Part shown: piece after piece, positions 36,143 through 48,412 of the stretch
Layout of the letters: each line of letters starts with the position of its first letter
How positions within the stretch are numbered: position 1 is the first letter of the stretch
NCBI GenBank assembly: GCA_002104905.1
Contig: MCFE01000043.1
Span: 1-64,000 of the forward strand
Reading direction: 5' to 3'
DNA: 64,000 nucleotides
Origin: Basidiobolus meristosporus CBS 931.73
Lineage: Eukaryota > Fungi > Basidiobolomycota
Program-made: the position numbers and the translations under genes
Notes under the pieces: generated by a model
Database searches by the model: none
What the model was told of the DNA's origin: nothing
The model's input: the letters and a program-made list of their open reading frames with translations, nothing else

Positions 36143-38253
36143 GTCGATATGCTAAGCGAAAGGGAAAGAGGGATGAGAGGGAATTCACGAAGATTAGTTC
36201 TCTAGTCCGAAATCTTCTTTAACCGAAGAAATATACAAAATAAACCACTCTTACCAGAAATAGAAGAGGAAGATTTGTGGGGAGACCAAAGGGGGTTGAA
36301 GCAGAAAAATTTCTCTAGTCTTTATTTTACCGCACAGTATAGATTTACAACATTTGGGGCTGTACTGGTGCTTCGAGGAAATGTTGGGATCGACATTGGA
36401 CTCAATTATGGAGTTTCGTGGAATACCGATCGTTTATTACGCGGGATTTCCCTGCCTTGAAAAACCCCACCACAGCGATCAGAGGTTAATCAATCTCGCG
36501 TAATCCGGGTTAAAATAAGCAAACTCGGCCACCAGCAAGTCTTGCTTGGTGAATTTGGAAAACGAGGGGTGAGAGATTTCTAGCCAGGACATTGATCACC
36601 GTCGCAATGGGTGGCTTGGTAGAACGCATGTTTCGGACCACTATGTGTTGGGCAATTCTGTCTTTCCCGGACCCAGTGGAATCAAGGCATTGTCTTGGAT
36701 ATTGGATGGTGGTGCTTGACATTCAAAACCCCAAAACAGACTTCGCGTGGCATGCCAGGTTGCTAGCACCAAAGCCCAAATCCAATGCAGTAATTCAGCC
36801 TTAGCTGTCCGATAATGAATCTGACACCAACCTGATAGCCAATAAATCCTGCACGAGGATCTGGATCTGGATCAGGATGAATGCGCCGGTGAAGCGCTCA
36901 ATAGAGGATGGGACTTGATCAATAAGGAATTTAACGGATCTTTGATCAAGTGTATATGCTAGCGTCGAAGTTAATATATATATATATTCAAGTACGTGTG
37001 CCAGAGATGGTGATAATATATATATACAGAGCAAATGCAATGGCCAATTCGTGGTTGGTCTGGAACGATCCATTCACAGCGTTTGGGTCAACACGACGCT
37101 CATCACCGTATACAGCACACCGCACACCGCACACCACACACCACACCAATTTGCAAGGTTCGCGTTCACGTAAGACCGCATGGAATGACTCAATCCATGC
37201 GTGTATAGATGAATATGCGCAAGTCGACATCTCATGCGCACCAGATGCTTTTCGTTCGCTTGATCCCTACGCTCACGCCCAACGGTTTTCTGTGGTGATC
37301 GCAAATCAGTTTGTTACATCATCTTCGATGCTCCACGTTGCATACTTTTCTGCATGTCTCAGACAAACCAGTTGACTACATCGTAGCTACAGCTATGGTC
37401 AATCGTATTCGTGCTGCTTATACCACTTCCATGCCTGCCGCTGCTATCACATGATCAGCTGATTGCTGTTGTTATCACTACATTGATCCTGATCACGGTC
37501 GCCATTCTATCTTGCTGCTTGCACACAGCGCTAGCCCAGCTGCTATTTGTTACTGTAGGTCACTAATTAATCGAAGATGTGAGATCTCAGACATGCATTC
37601 GGTTACTTGGATATTTGTTGGAGACACTGGTAGCGGCGACATCGAGTAGTCACATGGCTGGTGTGTACACCTGTATGAATCTATCATAGCTTGAGTGCAT
37701 TAATCTATATACACGCAGACTAGGCGAGTGCTTGGATTCAGTTGATTTTTCAGAAACAAATCCACTTGCCAACCCTAACCCTGGCCACCCCCTATTCTCT
37801 TTTGGATCAATCCAGTATTGTCGACTGTCACGCTTAAGCAATGTAGATAAATTTGGAACGTCATTTATTCATAATACCGAGAGATGTTCGACAATCTGAC
37901 AACCAGAGGTGAGCTAAGGAGGTAAAACTTGGCTCGCTTCAGAAATCCCACCAATGTTCTTTTAAAGTAAGTAATTTAGCAAGAAACTCACTTATGAAAA
38001 GGGGGGAATTAATCAAGAGGTTTTGGTGAGGTCGGTGTAGATGGATTAGGTTTTCGTTGATGCACCCCTGATATTACGCTGTAAGGTCAAGAGGGCTCTG
38101 GACAAGCGGTTACTTCCAGATTCACCAACACCCTGGGTTTTCTTATAAAACCTACGCTGCGTCTGCCAGGTTTATTCAAATTAGCCGTTCCTCCTCTTTT
38201 ATTGCACAGTCCAAGAAAGAAATCGCATTATCAAAAGCAGAACTGCAATTGAC

Positions 38254-39171
38254 ATGACTTCTCCCATTTCACCAGCACATATTCAACTGGATATTGATGT
38301 CGATTTGGAACGCTACGCCAGTTATTCTTACAGCCCCGAGCTTCTCTCTGCTGTGAGTGCTTCAGCATATAAGAGTGCCGATTTCAATGACTATCATCCT
38401 CAGGGGTACCCGCTTCAACTAGCCACCCCACCACCACACACTCCCGGAAAGTTCAGCTACCAGGATTTCTTTCATTCCCAGGCTGCTGAATCTTTCCATC
38501 CTGATTATTTTGCCCAACTCCAAGGCATTCCCTCCCCCAGCGACAGCAGTTGCAGTCCCCAGAGCCAGTACGAGATTCTGGAATCTCGTGAGCATGAGGC
38601 GGGCTTCTCTTTGGGGGAGAGCATAGCCCTCGATAGCCTTGCCGGGAATGGTTCGCTCATCACCGTGCCAGGACACAGGGCTTTTGGCCATCCAATGCAC
38701 GGTGATGAAATCGGCTCCCCTTTTCCTGATCACTACATGCAGTTTGCCGAACATCCAACCATGTCACCTATGCAGTGCCATATGACTGTGCCAGGCTATA
38801 TTGCTCATTCCATGGAGCCATCCATGCCACTGCCCCACTCGGCGCCCGAGACACCGAAGCGCTCCCGTGGCCGCAAGGCTTCCAGCAAGCCGGACACCAC
38901 CTCTGGTGCGAAATCGTTCATCTGCGACTACTCCGACTGCGGCAAGGTGTTCAAGCGTTCGGAGCACCTGAAGCGTCATATTCGCTCCATCCACACGCTA
39001 GAGAAGCCCTTCCAATGCCCCTACCCGGCCTGCTCCAAGCGGTTCTCCCGCTCTGACAACCTGAACCAACACATCCGCATCCACCGTCACTCCAAAGACA
39101 AGGGAATCGGCTCTAGAGGAGCGGTTTTCAGCAACTTCACTCCCTACATGCCATACTCCCAGTCGCTCTGA
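38254..39171 (+). CDS. Second Msn2/Msn4-like C2H2 transcription factor; probable in-frame intron at 38353-38403
   Basis: Finger region nearly identical to that of 22954-23729, with a shared SPELLS motif followed by GTGAGT..CAG (51 nt). Confidence 0.9.
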   Translation: MTSPISPAHIQLDIDVDLERYASYSYSPELLSAVSASAYKSADFNDYHPQGYPLQLATPPPHTPGKFSYQDFFHSQAAESFHPDYFAQLQGIPSPSDSSCSPQSQYEILESREHEAGFSLGESIALDSLAGNGSLITVPGHRAFGHPMHGDEIGSPFPDHYMQFAEHPTMSPMQCHMTVPGYIAHSMEPSMPLPHSAPETPKRSRGRKASSKPDTTSGAKSFICDYSDCGKVFKRSEHLKRHIRSIHTLEKPFQCPYPACSKRFSRSDNLNQHIRIHRHSKDKGIGSRGAVFSNFTPYMPYSQSL

Positions 39172-39373
39172 GCCCGTTATGTTCAACCCACTAGATAAGC
39201 ATCATCCCCTTCATCACGCTTCGGTTCGTGGTCGGCAGCTACACTTTTTGGAAACCTACTTAGTTTATGATGTACTTGTATTTAGAACTATTCTATTCGC
39301 TATATCTGATTGGTGTGGATTCCGAGATCAATAAATGTACAGTTTTCATGAATTCCCTCTTTATTCTACGTTA

Positions 39374-41996
39374 CTACCATCCTGCGGCGTATCCATCGCC
39401 ACGCGGGTCCGACCCTGCTACCAGCACTCTCCGATTGGTGCGTGGGTCGCTATAGGTCTCGATCACCTGACCTCGGCCAAACATTGCGCGATGATGGCCT
39501 TGGAGCTGCTTCACGTTGTGGCCCAGTGTTCGGAGCTCGTCAATCACCTCTTCGGGTGATACCATCCTCGATGTAAATCACCCCATTGTCCGGCCCCACG
39601 CAGATGCGTGGTGCGATCGAGCGCGTGCTGAGGATTATGATCGTAGTGCAAAAGGTTCAGAAGGACCTGCACGTGGCCTTGGGGCTGGTAATGGATTTGA
39701 ATCTCTGGATCATTGGGACGATGCTAGTGAATGCGATGGTTACCTGCATGAACCCGCCCATAACTGAGCAAAACACAGATGAGCCTCCACTCGCAGCAGA
39801 ATACAGATGATTGGCAACTTACCTCCGTAGCAAAGGTAGAGCTCGTCGTCTACCGTGGCCATGGCCGGGATAATGGTGTGGTAGGGGCGCTTGGAGGGGG
39901 CGTAGCAGTTGGGATGATCGGCGTCGAGATTGAAGTTGCAGCCGCGGTTTTGCAGGGTGAAGCCGGTCCCCTTTGGAATAACTCCCTTCGAAAAGCTTAG
40001 CACGCAAGCAATTCAACCAGCCAGGGTGCCATCTACTTACCGACTGGATTCCATATTCAGGTCCACGGAGGAGGAGAAGGGGTAATCTGGATTTAGCGTG
40101 CAATGGAAGGGGGATTGAGACTTTTCAACTTACACCAAAGCCTTCGTATGTAGAGATCTTGGACAAGGTAGGTGGTTAGTTACAGCCGAGTCAATGGTAA
40201 CGTGCTATTCTTACGATGAAGCTACAGGCATTTCCCTCTTCATCAACCACGGATAGGTACACCGTGTCGCTAGAATGCTCAGGGGAGCCATGTTCCAGGT
40301 CGACGGCCGCTTTGGAAGGATTAAAGAGCTTGGAGCGTTCTCTCAAGTAAGCCTAACTCAGGGTCAGCGCTGGGCTCTCCAAACATTGGCATGTGTTGCT
40401 TCATCTACCTTGTTCAGTAATTTTTCGCTGGGAACGTCGACCACATCTGGATCAGTGATATACCACCGGGTGTCAATGAAGGCAATTCTCAAGGCCTCAA
40501 TCACTGCGTGGAGATATTCTTTGGAGTTGTGCTTCAACTCGGTGAGTGGGGGGATGACCTTTCTGTCTTGTAGTGCCTCGAGGATCCCAAGGGCCATGAG
40601 TGCCGTGATGCCTACAGAATGTAAGCGACAGCCTAACACGATTCCTTCAGGATGTACTGACCCTGGCCATTGGCGGGACACTCGTGAACGGTGACTCCTT
40701 CGTACTTAAGGCTGATCGGTTCGACCAGTTGAGACTTATGGTTAGCCAGGTCATCCAGAGTTAAAAGACCGCCGGACTGTTGGATGATATCAACCATTGC
40801 CTGAGCGATCTTCCCCTTGTAAAAGCCATCACGGCCATGATGGGCGATTGCGCGGTAGGTCCTTTGAACGCAAGTAAGCTTCGCAGTCAAGTGTACCAGA
40901 TCCAAGAGAAAACCTACGCAGCGAGACCAGGATTCTGGAACAACTCCCCTTCGAACGGGGCTCTACCATCGATCAGCAATTCCGCGTGGTTGGGGGATGC
41001 GATCTTCAACTTATCTGCGCTTTGCTCCCACTAAAATGAACTATGTTTAGTCAGAACCCCTTCAGGAGCAACTCACAACAATTGCCCACCAGCTTAGCAG
41101 AAACGGTTGGCACCGCGAACCTGTTCGAGCGGATGTTAGATACAAGTGCATGAATTGCGTGTAAACACTTACCCATCCTCTGCGGCAACAATGGCCGGTT
41201 CCAGGATCTCCTTCATGCTCAATTTTCCGCTTCCGAAATTCTCGACCGTATCAAACCATCCAGCCGCGGCTCCTGGTACCGTGATGGCATGACCGCTGTG
41301 GGGCGGGATGACCTTGGATTCACCAACGTCGGCTTGAATTTTCTCCAGGGTTGAGAGGGCCGAGCTCCTAGCGTACCCAAGAGTAAGATACCATGGATTT
41401 CCCGAGCTTACCAAGTGACAAACCTTCCTGAGCCATTCAAGCCGGATACTTTTTTGGTTTTGGCGTCGTAGAATAAGCAAAAGCAGTCCCCGCCGATTCC
41501 AGTGGACGCGGGCTCTAGAGATTATCCGTCAGAAGGTGAGGCGGGTGACTACTGGGGTAACACAGCATACAACTTGTTACTCACCGACAACTCCTAAGCA
41601 GGCGGCTTATGAATAGTAGCTATTAGAAGGGACACCTGTATACTTCACGGTGTGCAATGCTTACCAACTGCGATGGCTGCGTCCTGAAGAAGTATTGTAA
41701 GCCAGAGAAGCAGGTAAGAGATAGCGTCTAGTCCGAGGAACTTACCGCTGCGTTGCCGCCTTTCCGCAGAATCTCATAACCGGCTTGGGTCGCCAGAGGC
41801 TGGCTATTTTCAGTGGAACAGTAAGTAAAGTTGCTCGGTGAGGTGGGTACAAACTGGACTTGGCAAGTTACGTGCTGGCAACCATGGCGTGGGTGCCATA
41901 GACTGGAGAGCGGCGGGAGTTGAAGGGCAGCTCGAGTGAGCCCTTTGGGAAACTGGAAGGGAGCTTGTTGAGACGATGTTCGGACTGGACCACCAT
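39374..41996 (-). CDS. Gamma-glutamyltranspeptidase-family Ntn-hydrolase (YwrD/HpxW-like subgroup), many introns
   Basis: [45 protein letters not shown], nucleophile segment [21 protein letters not shown] and SDPRGDG. Confidence 0.88.
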
Positions 41997-42110
41997 AATT
42001 GACTTTCGGCTTGAGCTCGGCCGAATGGCCTATTTAACATGAGTTTCCGGTGTAACCGCCTCGTTGATGCACAACATGGAGAATAGGATTGATGGACTGA
42101 TATTTATGGT

Positions 42111-42735
42111 GTGATCTAGATTATCGAAAATCTCGATGATTTGATTAGAGAAAGTAGCGGATTTAATGATGGGACAAAGTGGCTGATTTAATATCGATTT
42201 GTTGTGAGAATGTGACTCATGGCTGTGGTGCTTGTTCAGATGATTTCCTCCCTAGACATTGTCCTCCAGAGATTGGATATATGATGGAAGTAAACCTTGA
42301 CAACGGTCACAGTCGCAATCACCCTAGAGCCCTGTCTATATTTAGGTTGGCAGCGACAAGAATATCATAGCCTCCAACAGTTGGTGCTTATACCAGTCAA
42401 TGGTCTAGCGTTTGAATGCGATGGAGCTGCATACCCAAAATTTTGGTATATCATAGCAACGGCCTCCAACTCAATGTGTGATATTATTGGATTTTGAGCA
42501 CGAGCGTGGGCCACTATGTAGAGTAGTCGTGATCTACTTCTTCATCTGAATCTTTGGCATAGAGGATCGTCACTGGGCTTCGCGTATGTAGCTTGGGTCA
42601 GGTTGCTTGTAAGGCCCGTTGGTGGAGAATTAGGTGATCTAGATTATCAAAGAGAGAATACTCCAGCCATATGATATATTTATTAAGTGATGGAGAATAT
42701 CCATATTATATGCTTGTTGGGTGATCTAGATTGTC
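42111..42735. promoter_or_regulatory. Three copies of GTGATCTAGATTRTC upstream of the GGT-family gene
   Basis: Copies at 42111-42125, 42634-42648 and 42721-42735. The first two contain GATAAT on the minus strand. Confidence 0.35.
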
Positions 42736-42870
42736 AAGCGCGTTTGCCGGCCACCGGATGACAAGCCAATGGTTCGATGTGCACATTATGTGGGAATGAT
42801 GCGAGAATGATGCAGGAAGCTTGTGGGAAATGTCTACTGTTACTATTGTTACATTGCAATGACTCATCAG

Positions 42871-43914
42871 CTAATGTAGCAACGAAGCAGCAGCCATGAT
42901 ACTAACGATGGCGAAGATGCCTGTGGCACCGGTTTGAGTGGCCGATGATTTTCCAGTTTGAGTGCTACTGGTGGTGCTGTTGGTTTTGCCGGTGGTGGTG
43001 CTGCCGTTGCCGTTGCCAGCAGTGGAATTTCCTTGATATACGTGCTCGTCCTGGAGGCATTGGCCAACACTGATCATGGAGAATCCGGCGTTCTTCATGA
43101 GATCTACTGCGATTGGGAATTGCTGAACACCCTCGGCACGAAGGTCATGCTCCAAGGAGATCACCCCCTGTTGCAGCGTGGGAACACGGGTGTTGATGAA
43201 ATCGACGAATGTCTGCTTCACATTGTCTGGATTGTAGTTGGAGTTAGGGCTGTTCAACTTCCAGTCCGATGTGTCCATGTTCCAGAGAATAATCTTGTAA
43301 CCCAAGCCTCTCATGATCGCACGAACACGGTTGTCCACATCTCCAAATGGTGGTCGCATGTACTTGGGAACAACCCCGATTGTATCGTGGATGGCCTTCT
43401 CGGTCCACTTCATCTCGGCAACGATTTGCTCGTTGGACTGTGATGTCAAAGCAGTATGACTCCAGGTGTGCACGCAGATCTCGTGGCCTTCCTGGTAGGT
43501 GCGCTTGAGAATCTCGGGGTTCTGGACGACTCGGCTTCCGATCACGCAGAACATCGCCCTCATTTTGTTTTGCTTGAGGTAGTCGAGGATGAAGGTGGTG
43601 TTTTGGGAGGGTCCGTCATCGAACGTGAGGCCCCATACCTTGGGTGCGGGGCAAGCCACGATATCATCGGGCGCGACGCAGTTTCCGCAGGTCCACCAGC
43701 ATCCACAGTCTTCGTTGCATGGGTTCTGAGTGCAGGTGGGTGGGGCGCCTGGGGCGCGCTGAGGGACGTTGGCAGGGATGTTGGCAATTGAGCTGGCCAA
43801 CTTCGTGTGCTCTGGGAGAACGCTAGGTGGAGTATCCCATTGGGGCCAGTTGGGGGTCTGAGCCTGAACAAAGGCTGGAAGCAAAGACAAAAAGCCGGGG
43901 ATTAGGAACTTCAT
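42871..43914 (-). CDS. GPI-anchored chitin/polysaccharide deacetylase (CE4)
   Basis: Signal peptide MKFLIPGFLSLLPAFVQA; motifs LTFDDGP, HTWSH, MRPPFGD and LEHD; S/T-rich tail with hydrophobic C-terminus. No intron. Confidence 0.93.
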   Translation of the reverse strand: MKFLIPGFLSLLPAFVQAQTPNWPQWDTPPSVLPEHTKLASSIANIPANVPQRAPGAPPTCTQNPCNEDCGCWWTCGNCVAPDDIVACPAPKVWGLTFDDGPSQNTTFILDYLKQNKMRAMFCVIGSRVVQNPEILKRTYQEGHEICVHTWSHTALTSQSNEQIVAEMKWTEKAIHDTIGVVPKYMRPPFGDVDNRVRAIMRGLGYKIILWNMDTSDWKLNSPNSNYNPDNVKQTFVDFINTRVPTLQQGVISLEHDLRAEGVQQFPIAVDLMKNAGFSMISVGQCLQDEHVYQGNSTAGNGNGSTTTGKTNSTTSSTQTGKSSATQTGATGIFAIVSIMAAASLLH

Positions 43915-44348
43915 TGAGGAGAGCTGTATTCGAGACGGTGTTTTCAGTTCGCCTTTTATACATGGCAAGTGGTGTTACGTTTCCAATTCGCCTTTTTTAC
44001 ATGGCAACATATAAATAGGCGGGGATCAGATCCGTATGAGGTTGGCTGGTGATAGGCAAACAGTACGCCCACCAATTTGTTCTACATCAGACAACGGACT
44101 GGGATCCAACAATGTGTAACAGGATTCTACTTGCTATGGCATATTTCCACCGTGATATTCCTGCCAATATGAACATTGTGCTGCATTAGCCCCCCATACC
44201 TTCCCCATACTTTCCATGTCGATTTGATTGAAGCTAATCAACCCCAAGCAACCTGTTCGATCGCTCGTTCGAAGTCCCGCAAATCTGGATGGCAAATGTT
44301 GGTTTATTTCAAAATTCGGCTTCACCAAGTGACATCAGTTTCTGATTC

Positions 44349-44828
44349 CTACAAAGCAGCGACGGCATAGCCAACAATAGCAAGCACCCCTAACTCACCA
44401 GCCTTCAAGCTGCGGGCTGCATTTGGTGTTTGGGTGGCTCCACCAGCGATGGAGCTACTTACCGAGGAGATCTTGGAGCTCGCCTCCGAGTTGATTGAGC
44501 TCACCGCAGATGAAATCTGGGAGGTGACGGACGCTACACTGGAGGCGGCATCCGAGGTGGCGCTAGTGAAATCAGAAGAGACGCTACTCGCGGCTGAGCT
44601 AGCATCAGAAGAGACGCTGCTAGCAGCAGAGCTTGCATCAGAAGAAACACTGCTAATTGCCGATGAGGCGCTGGTGGCGATTGGAGAGGAAGTGGTTGCA
44701 CTCTCCGAAGGCTGTGGAGATTCAGTGTTCTCTGTAGGAACAGCGGGGACTACTGAGGTGATTGTGACTACCTTAGCAGAGGCCAAGGAGGCAAAGATAA
44801 CAGCGACGAGAGCAGCAGTGAATTTCAT
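44349..44828 (-). CDS. Small Ser/Thr-rich GPI-anchored cell-surface protein
   Basis: Signal peptide, SSVSSDASSAA repeats, candidate omega site at PNAA and a hydrophobic tail. Confidence 0.85.
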   Translation of the reverse strand: MKFTAALVAVIFASLASAKVVTITSVVPAVPTENTESPQPSESATTSSPIATSASSAISSVSSDASSAASSVSSDASSAASSVSSDFTSATSDAASSVASVTSQISSAVSSINSEASSKISSVSSSIAGGATQTPNAARSLKAGELGVLAIVGYAVAAL

Positions 44829-45206
44829 TGTTGATTACTTGGTGGGTTTATGATGGATGAGACACAATCGCTCGATATTTATACTAGCCCGAGGGCATCT
44901 CGTTAGCGCACCGTTGACGCTCAAGTTTCCACATAAAGAAGCACGATGTGCTCATAGCAGACAAATGGACGATAGCGTATTAAATCATGGCAAATGGACG
45001 ATAGCGTTTAGCCGATATTAAATCATGTCATCATGTTGTCAAAAGCAGATCCACCCAATCTCCCAATCGCCCAGTCACCAAACCTAACCCCAGCTACTGA
45101 TGTAGATGAGAATTTCGTAACTGTTGTTAAAACTCGTGATTTATTTGGAAGGTTGACTTGGAGTACAAAGGAATTTATGTGTTGAATGCTGCTGAAAGAT
45201 TTATAT

Positions 45207-45886
45207 TCAATTGGCCTCAAATGTACGAGCCTGCAAATTTGGTCAGTTCGTGTACTGGTTCTGGTTCTTAGGGTGGAAAATGGAACTTACGCTTCTGGAT
45301 AGATCTTCCTTGTTGTTGGGATCGCTACCCATCTCGACTCTCAAACCGTCATAAGGGTAGTCACGTGGGACCTTGGCATGGTTGTTATTATCGACCCCTT
45401 CCCTTAGCATTGAGAAATCCTACTTACCGCAAGCTCGCGATCGGGCAAGGCATATTTGGCCAAGGCAATGGCTCCACCAACGATGATGGAACCAACAACA
45501 ATCAATTCACCAAGAGCTCTCCAGGGGTTGATGGGGTTAGGATCGGTAATCCACACACCGAGAACTTCATCTTGCTCAGGGACCTAGGAGGATTCAATGT
45601 TTAGGCTGCGGCGTTTCAACCAGCACAAAAAGAGGCTTACAGCTTCACCGAAGTTTCTTCTTTCGGTCTGGTCCCAGTAATCACGGGGGTATCTCAATTG
45701 CTTGTTCTCCCAAGGCAAGTTAGGGTAGTCGCCAATCTGTGGGTCGGGGTCAACATATTGAGGCTTAGAGAAGGAATGGGCAAGTCTGGCTTCACAGGGG
45801 TTAACGGTGAGAGCTTGAGCCCTTTGAGCGTTCTTCAAGACTGAAGAGGCGGGGCGAATACAACGTTGTAGTTGACGGAAAGACAT
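45207..45886 (-). CDS. NDUFB8: Complex I NDUFB8 (ASHI) subunit, multi-exon
   Basis: Presequence; DPQIGDYPNLP..YWDQTERRNFGE; a transmembrane segment; then PRDYPYDGLRVEMG. Last exon ARTFEAN*. Confidence 0.85.
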
Positions 45887-46332
45887 TTCGAAAATATCGT
45901 AAAGGGTTCAACCAGAAGCCTAAACTGAACAAATACTAGCCAACTAACAGTATTCTCATTTCCCATTTCCCATCGCCCATCTCTACCCCGCCCCAATTGC
46001 TCGAGATTCTTCGCCCCTGTTAGCTCGCCATCGCAACCCCAAATGCACACCCCCAACCAAAAAAAGGCCTAAATTTCTTCATGAAAATCAATGGGGCACC
46101 AATATATGAAGTTGTTTAGAATCGTGGGTAGAATAGGCGATTTAGAAGGTTGATTAGAAGCATGCTTAAAAAGCAAGATATGCATGTTGATTATATTGGG
46201 CTGAATCAACCGTTGGTCATTTTGATGTCATGGTCCGGCTCGATATTATGGATTAGCCGTAAGAGATGGTCGGCATCGTGCAGCCAGTATAAAATACGCC
46301 GGCTCCTGAGTTGTCATGTTTGAGCCAAGGCA

Positions 46333-46815
46333 ATGGCAGTTTTTTCCAACATGGCTTTCATCATAGTACTTGTACTTCTCTTACTCCTCATCGTCTGCAT
46401 CATCATTTGCTCCTCTCGCTATTACAAGAGGAACTTTCAGGTCAACCCTGGATCGGATACGGTTCCTGTGATGGTTTGGCGCCCTAATCAAAGTGTTAAT
46501 GAACTGCATGAAACACCACCGCAATATTCTGCACAGCCCAATGCTCACCAAATCTGCCCCTCAACAACTGTCTTGCGGAATGATGTCAATGTTATCGAGA
46601 TGAACACTAGCAACATCCCATTGACCCCGCCGCCATTGTATGAGTCGCGAGCGCCATCCTACAGGTCGCAGATGCCACTGCCAGAGAGGCCGGCGATCCT
46701 TCGTGCAGAGACATCGCTTGAGGTGGGGCGTCCACCGCCGGAGAGTCTTCGATCGCGGTTACCTCGCTCCCAAACCTCAACCCGAATTCAGGTTTACACT
46801 GAGTCACTGTATTAA
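46333..46815 (+). CDS. Single-pass membrane protein with PY motifs (PPQY, PPLY, APSY), array member 1
   Basis: N-terminal TM followed by RYYKR. TATAAAA at 46288 and AATAAA downstream. Confidence 0.8.
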   Translation: MAVFSNMAFIIVLVLLLLLIVCIIICSSRYYKRNFQVNPGSDTVPVMVWRPNQSVNELHETPPQYSAQPNAHQICPSTTVLRNDVNVIEMNTSNIPLTPPPLYESRAPSYRSQMPLPERPAILRAETSLEVGRPPPESLRSRLPRSQTSTRIQVYTESLY

Positions 46816-47194
46816 TATGCTTGTATAGAATTGCAAATAAACGCAATATCAAATATGCTTGTATAGAATTGTCAATAAACACTATTGCCACAGAATGGCT
46901 TTATTAAATTCCATTGCCGATCCTAAGGGTAGAAGGTACTTGAATGGACGATGCATATACCGCTTATGGAACCATTAGTGTCATTCATTTCTATAATTAC
47001 AATAGGCGGATTCACCTCTCTTATTCTCCTTCTAGATCCGGAGGAATCCCATCAGAAATTAGCCAATATTCCGGACGAGCCAGGGTGGTTTTGTATAAAA
47101 GCAGTGTTCGGCTTTTGCCCAACGTAATCTTACATTTGGTACTAATTTGTCCTGAACACATCCTGAACACATCCTGAACGCCATACCACATACA

Positions 47195-47557
47195 ATGGGT
47201 TCCACCTCAGGGATCAAGCCCGAATACATCATTGGATTCGTCATTGCAATCATTGTGTTGCTAATAGTGTTTCTGGGAGTAATGATCTCTTACTCTAATC
47301 ACTATCGCAAGAGATCTCGACGAAGAGAGGAGATGGAGGAGACATCTTGTCTGGAAGAAGGTGTCCATAGAGCACCCGAGGAAAATCCTGAAGGGATTAC
47401 TGAGGCTCTTCCCTCCTACACTCAGAGACCTGCGTTAAATATGCAACAGTTGTCCACGAGTGAGCCACCTCCCGCTTATCAGCCCACCCAACTAAACTAC
47501 ACAACAGAGGCTTCCATCGAACCGCCGCCTCCGGTGTATCATTCCACCCGCCATTAA
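47195..47557 (+). CDS. Single-pass membrane protein with PY motifs (LPSY, PPAY, PPVY), array member 2
   Basis: N-terminal TM followed by RKRSRRR. TATAAAA at 47094. Confidence 0.8.
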   Translation: MGSTSGIKPEYIIGFVIAIIVLLIVFLGVMISYSNHYRKRSRRREEMEETSCLEEGVHRAPEENPEGITEALPSYTQRPALNMQQLSTSEPPPAYQPTQLNYTTEASIEPPPPVYHSTRH

Positions 47558-47844
47558 TAGTCAATCTAAATAATAATGCAATTGTATAGTAGTAGTAGAC
47601 CTCGGCATAATTTCCCATCAATCCTTTGTAATAAACTCACCATATCAAGCACAATATTACGCAACCTGACCTGTCCCCCTTGTGTGATATGAGAAGAAAA
47701 TGACTACAACATCCCCCTCTCCAGTGTCTGACTCTTGACTGTCGCTCCCCTTGGATGTTTGACTGGCTGTCTGGATGTCCGAACAAGAGACAGAGGCTTA
47801 TAAAGACCATATGACCCCACTGGTCGTTCATATCTACTCTTCAG

Positions 47845-48108
47845 ATGGCCTATGATTACGTAGTTGAAGTGACCATCGGCTTCACAGCATTTATGATCCT
47901 CCTGGCCATTGGGATCACTTTCCGGGCCGTAAGCGTCCAGATAAAAACGCTGCAAAATGAGTCTGAGCGTGGCGTGCCACCTGTTTACACTGCATCAACA
48001 TCAGGTCTGCTGCCCGGTTATTACCAAAGCATGGTGCAGGACCCTCCGCCGGTATATCATTCCCGGCCTCCGTCAGTAACCAGCATCTACCAATATTCCT
48101 CGTGTTGA
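47845..48108 (+). CDS. Single-pass membrane protein with PY motifs (PPVY, LPGY, PPVY), array member 3
   Basis: N-terminal hydrophobic segment and TATAAA at 47799. PPPVYHS is shared with member 2. Confidence 0.7.
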   Translation: MAYDYVVEVTIGFTAFMILLAIGITFRAVSVQIKTLQNESERGVPPVYTASTSGLLPGYYQSMVQDPPPVYHSRPPSVTSIYQYSSC

Positions 48109-48412
48109 CTAGGCTTGACTGTGTCTAATGTATATTACATCACCCCCGTTCTCAATCAGATAAATTCCCCATTCACGCATTGGTTAGTTAAGTCGGTTAG
48201 CATCGTGATTTTTGATATTTTAGGAAAGTCTGGTTTGATTTGAGGAGGGAGGATTCAGGCCAAACTATGAGCCGATACACCTCGGCTATCGGCAGGAGTG
48301 TTACTGATAACCGAGCTCCCCCATATGAAATCTATATATAAGCGTCCATCAGGACTCGGACTATTTAGGTTATTTTTTGTCGCTTCTAGGTGTCTTCCCA
48401 CGCTGAGCATCC

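Noticed and set aside
36944-36955. GATCAAGTGTA resembling U2 snRNA
   Set aside because: The match does not extend into GTATCTGTT or the U2 5' stem.
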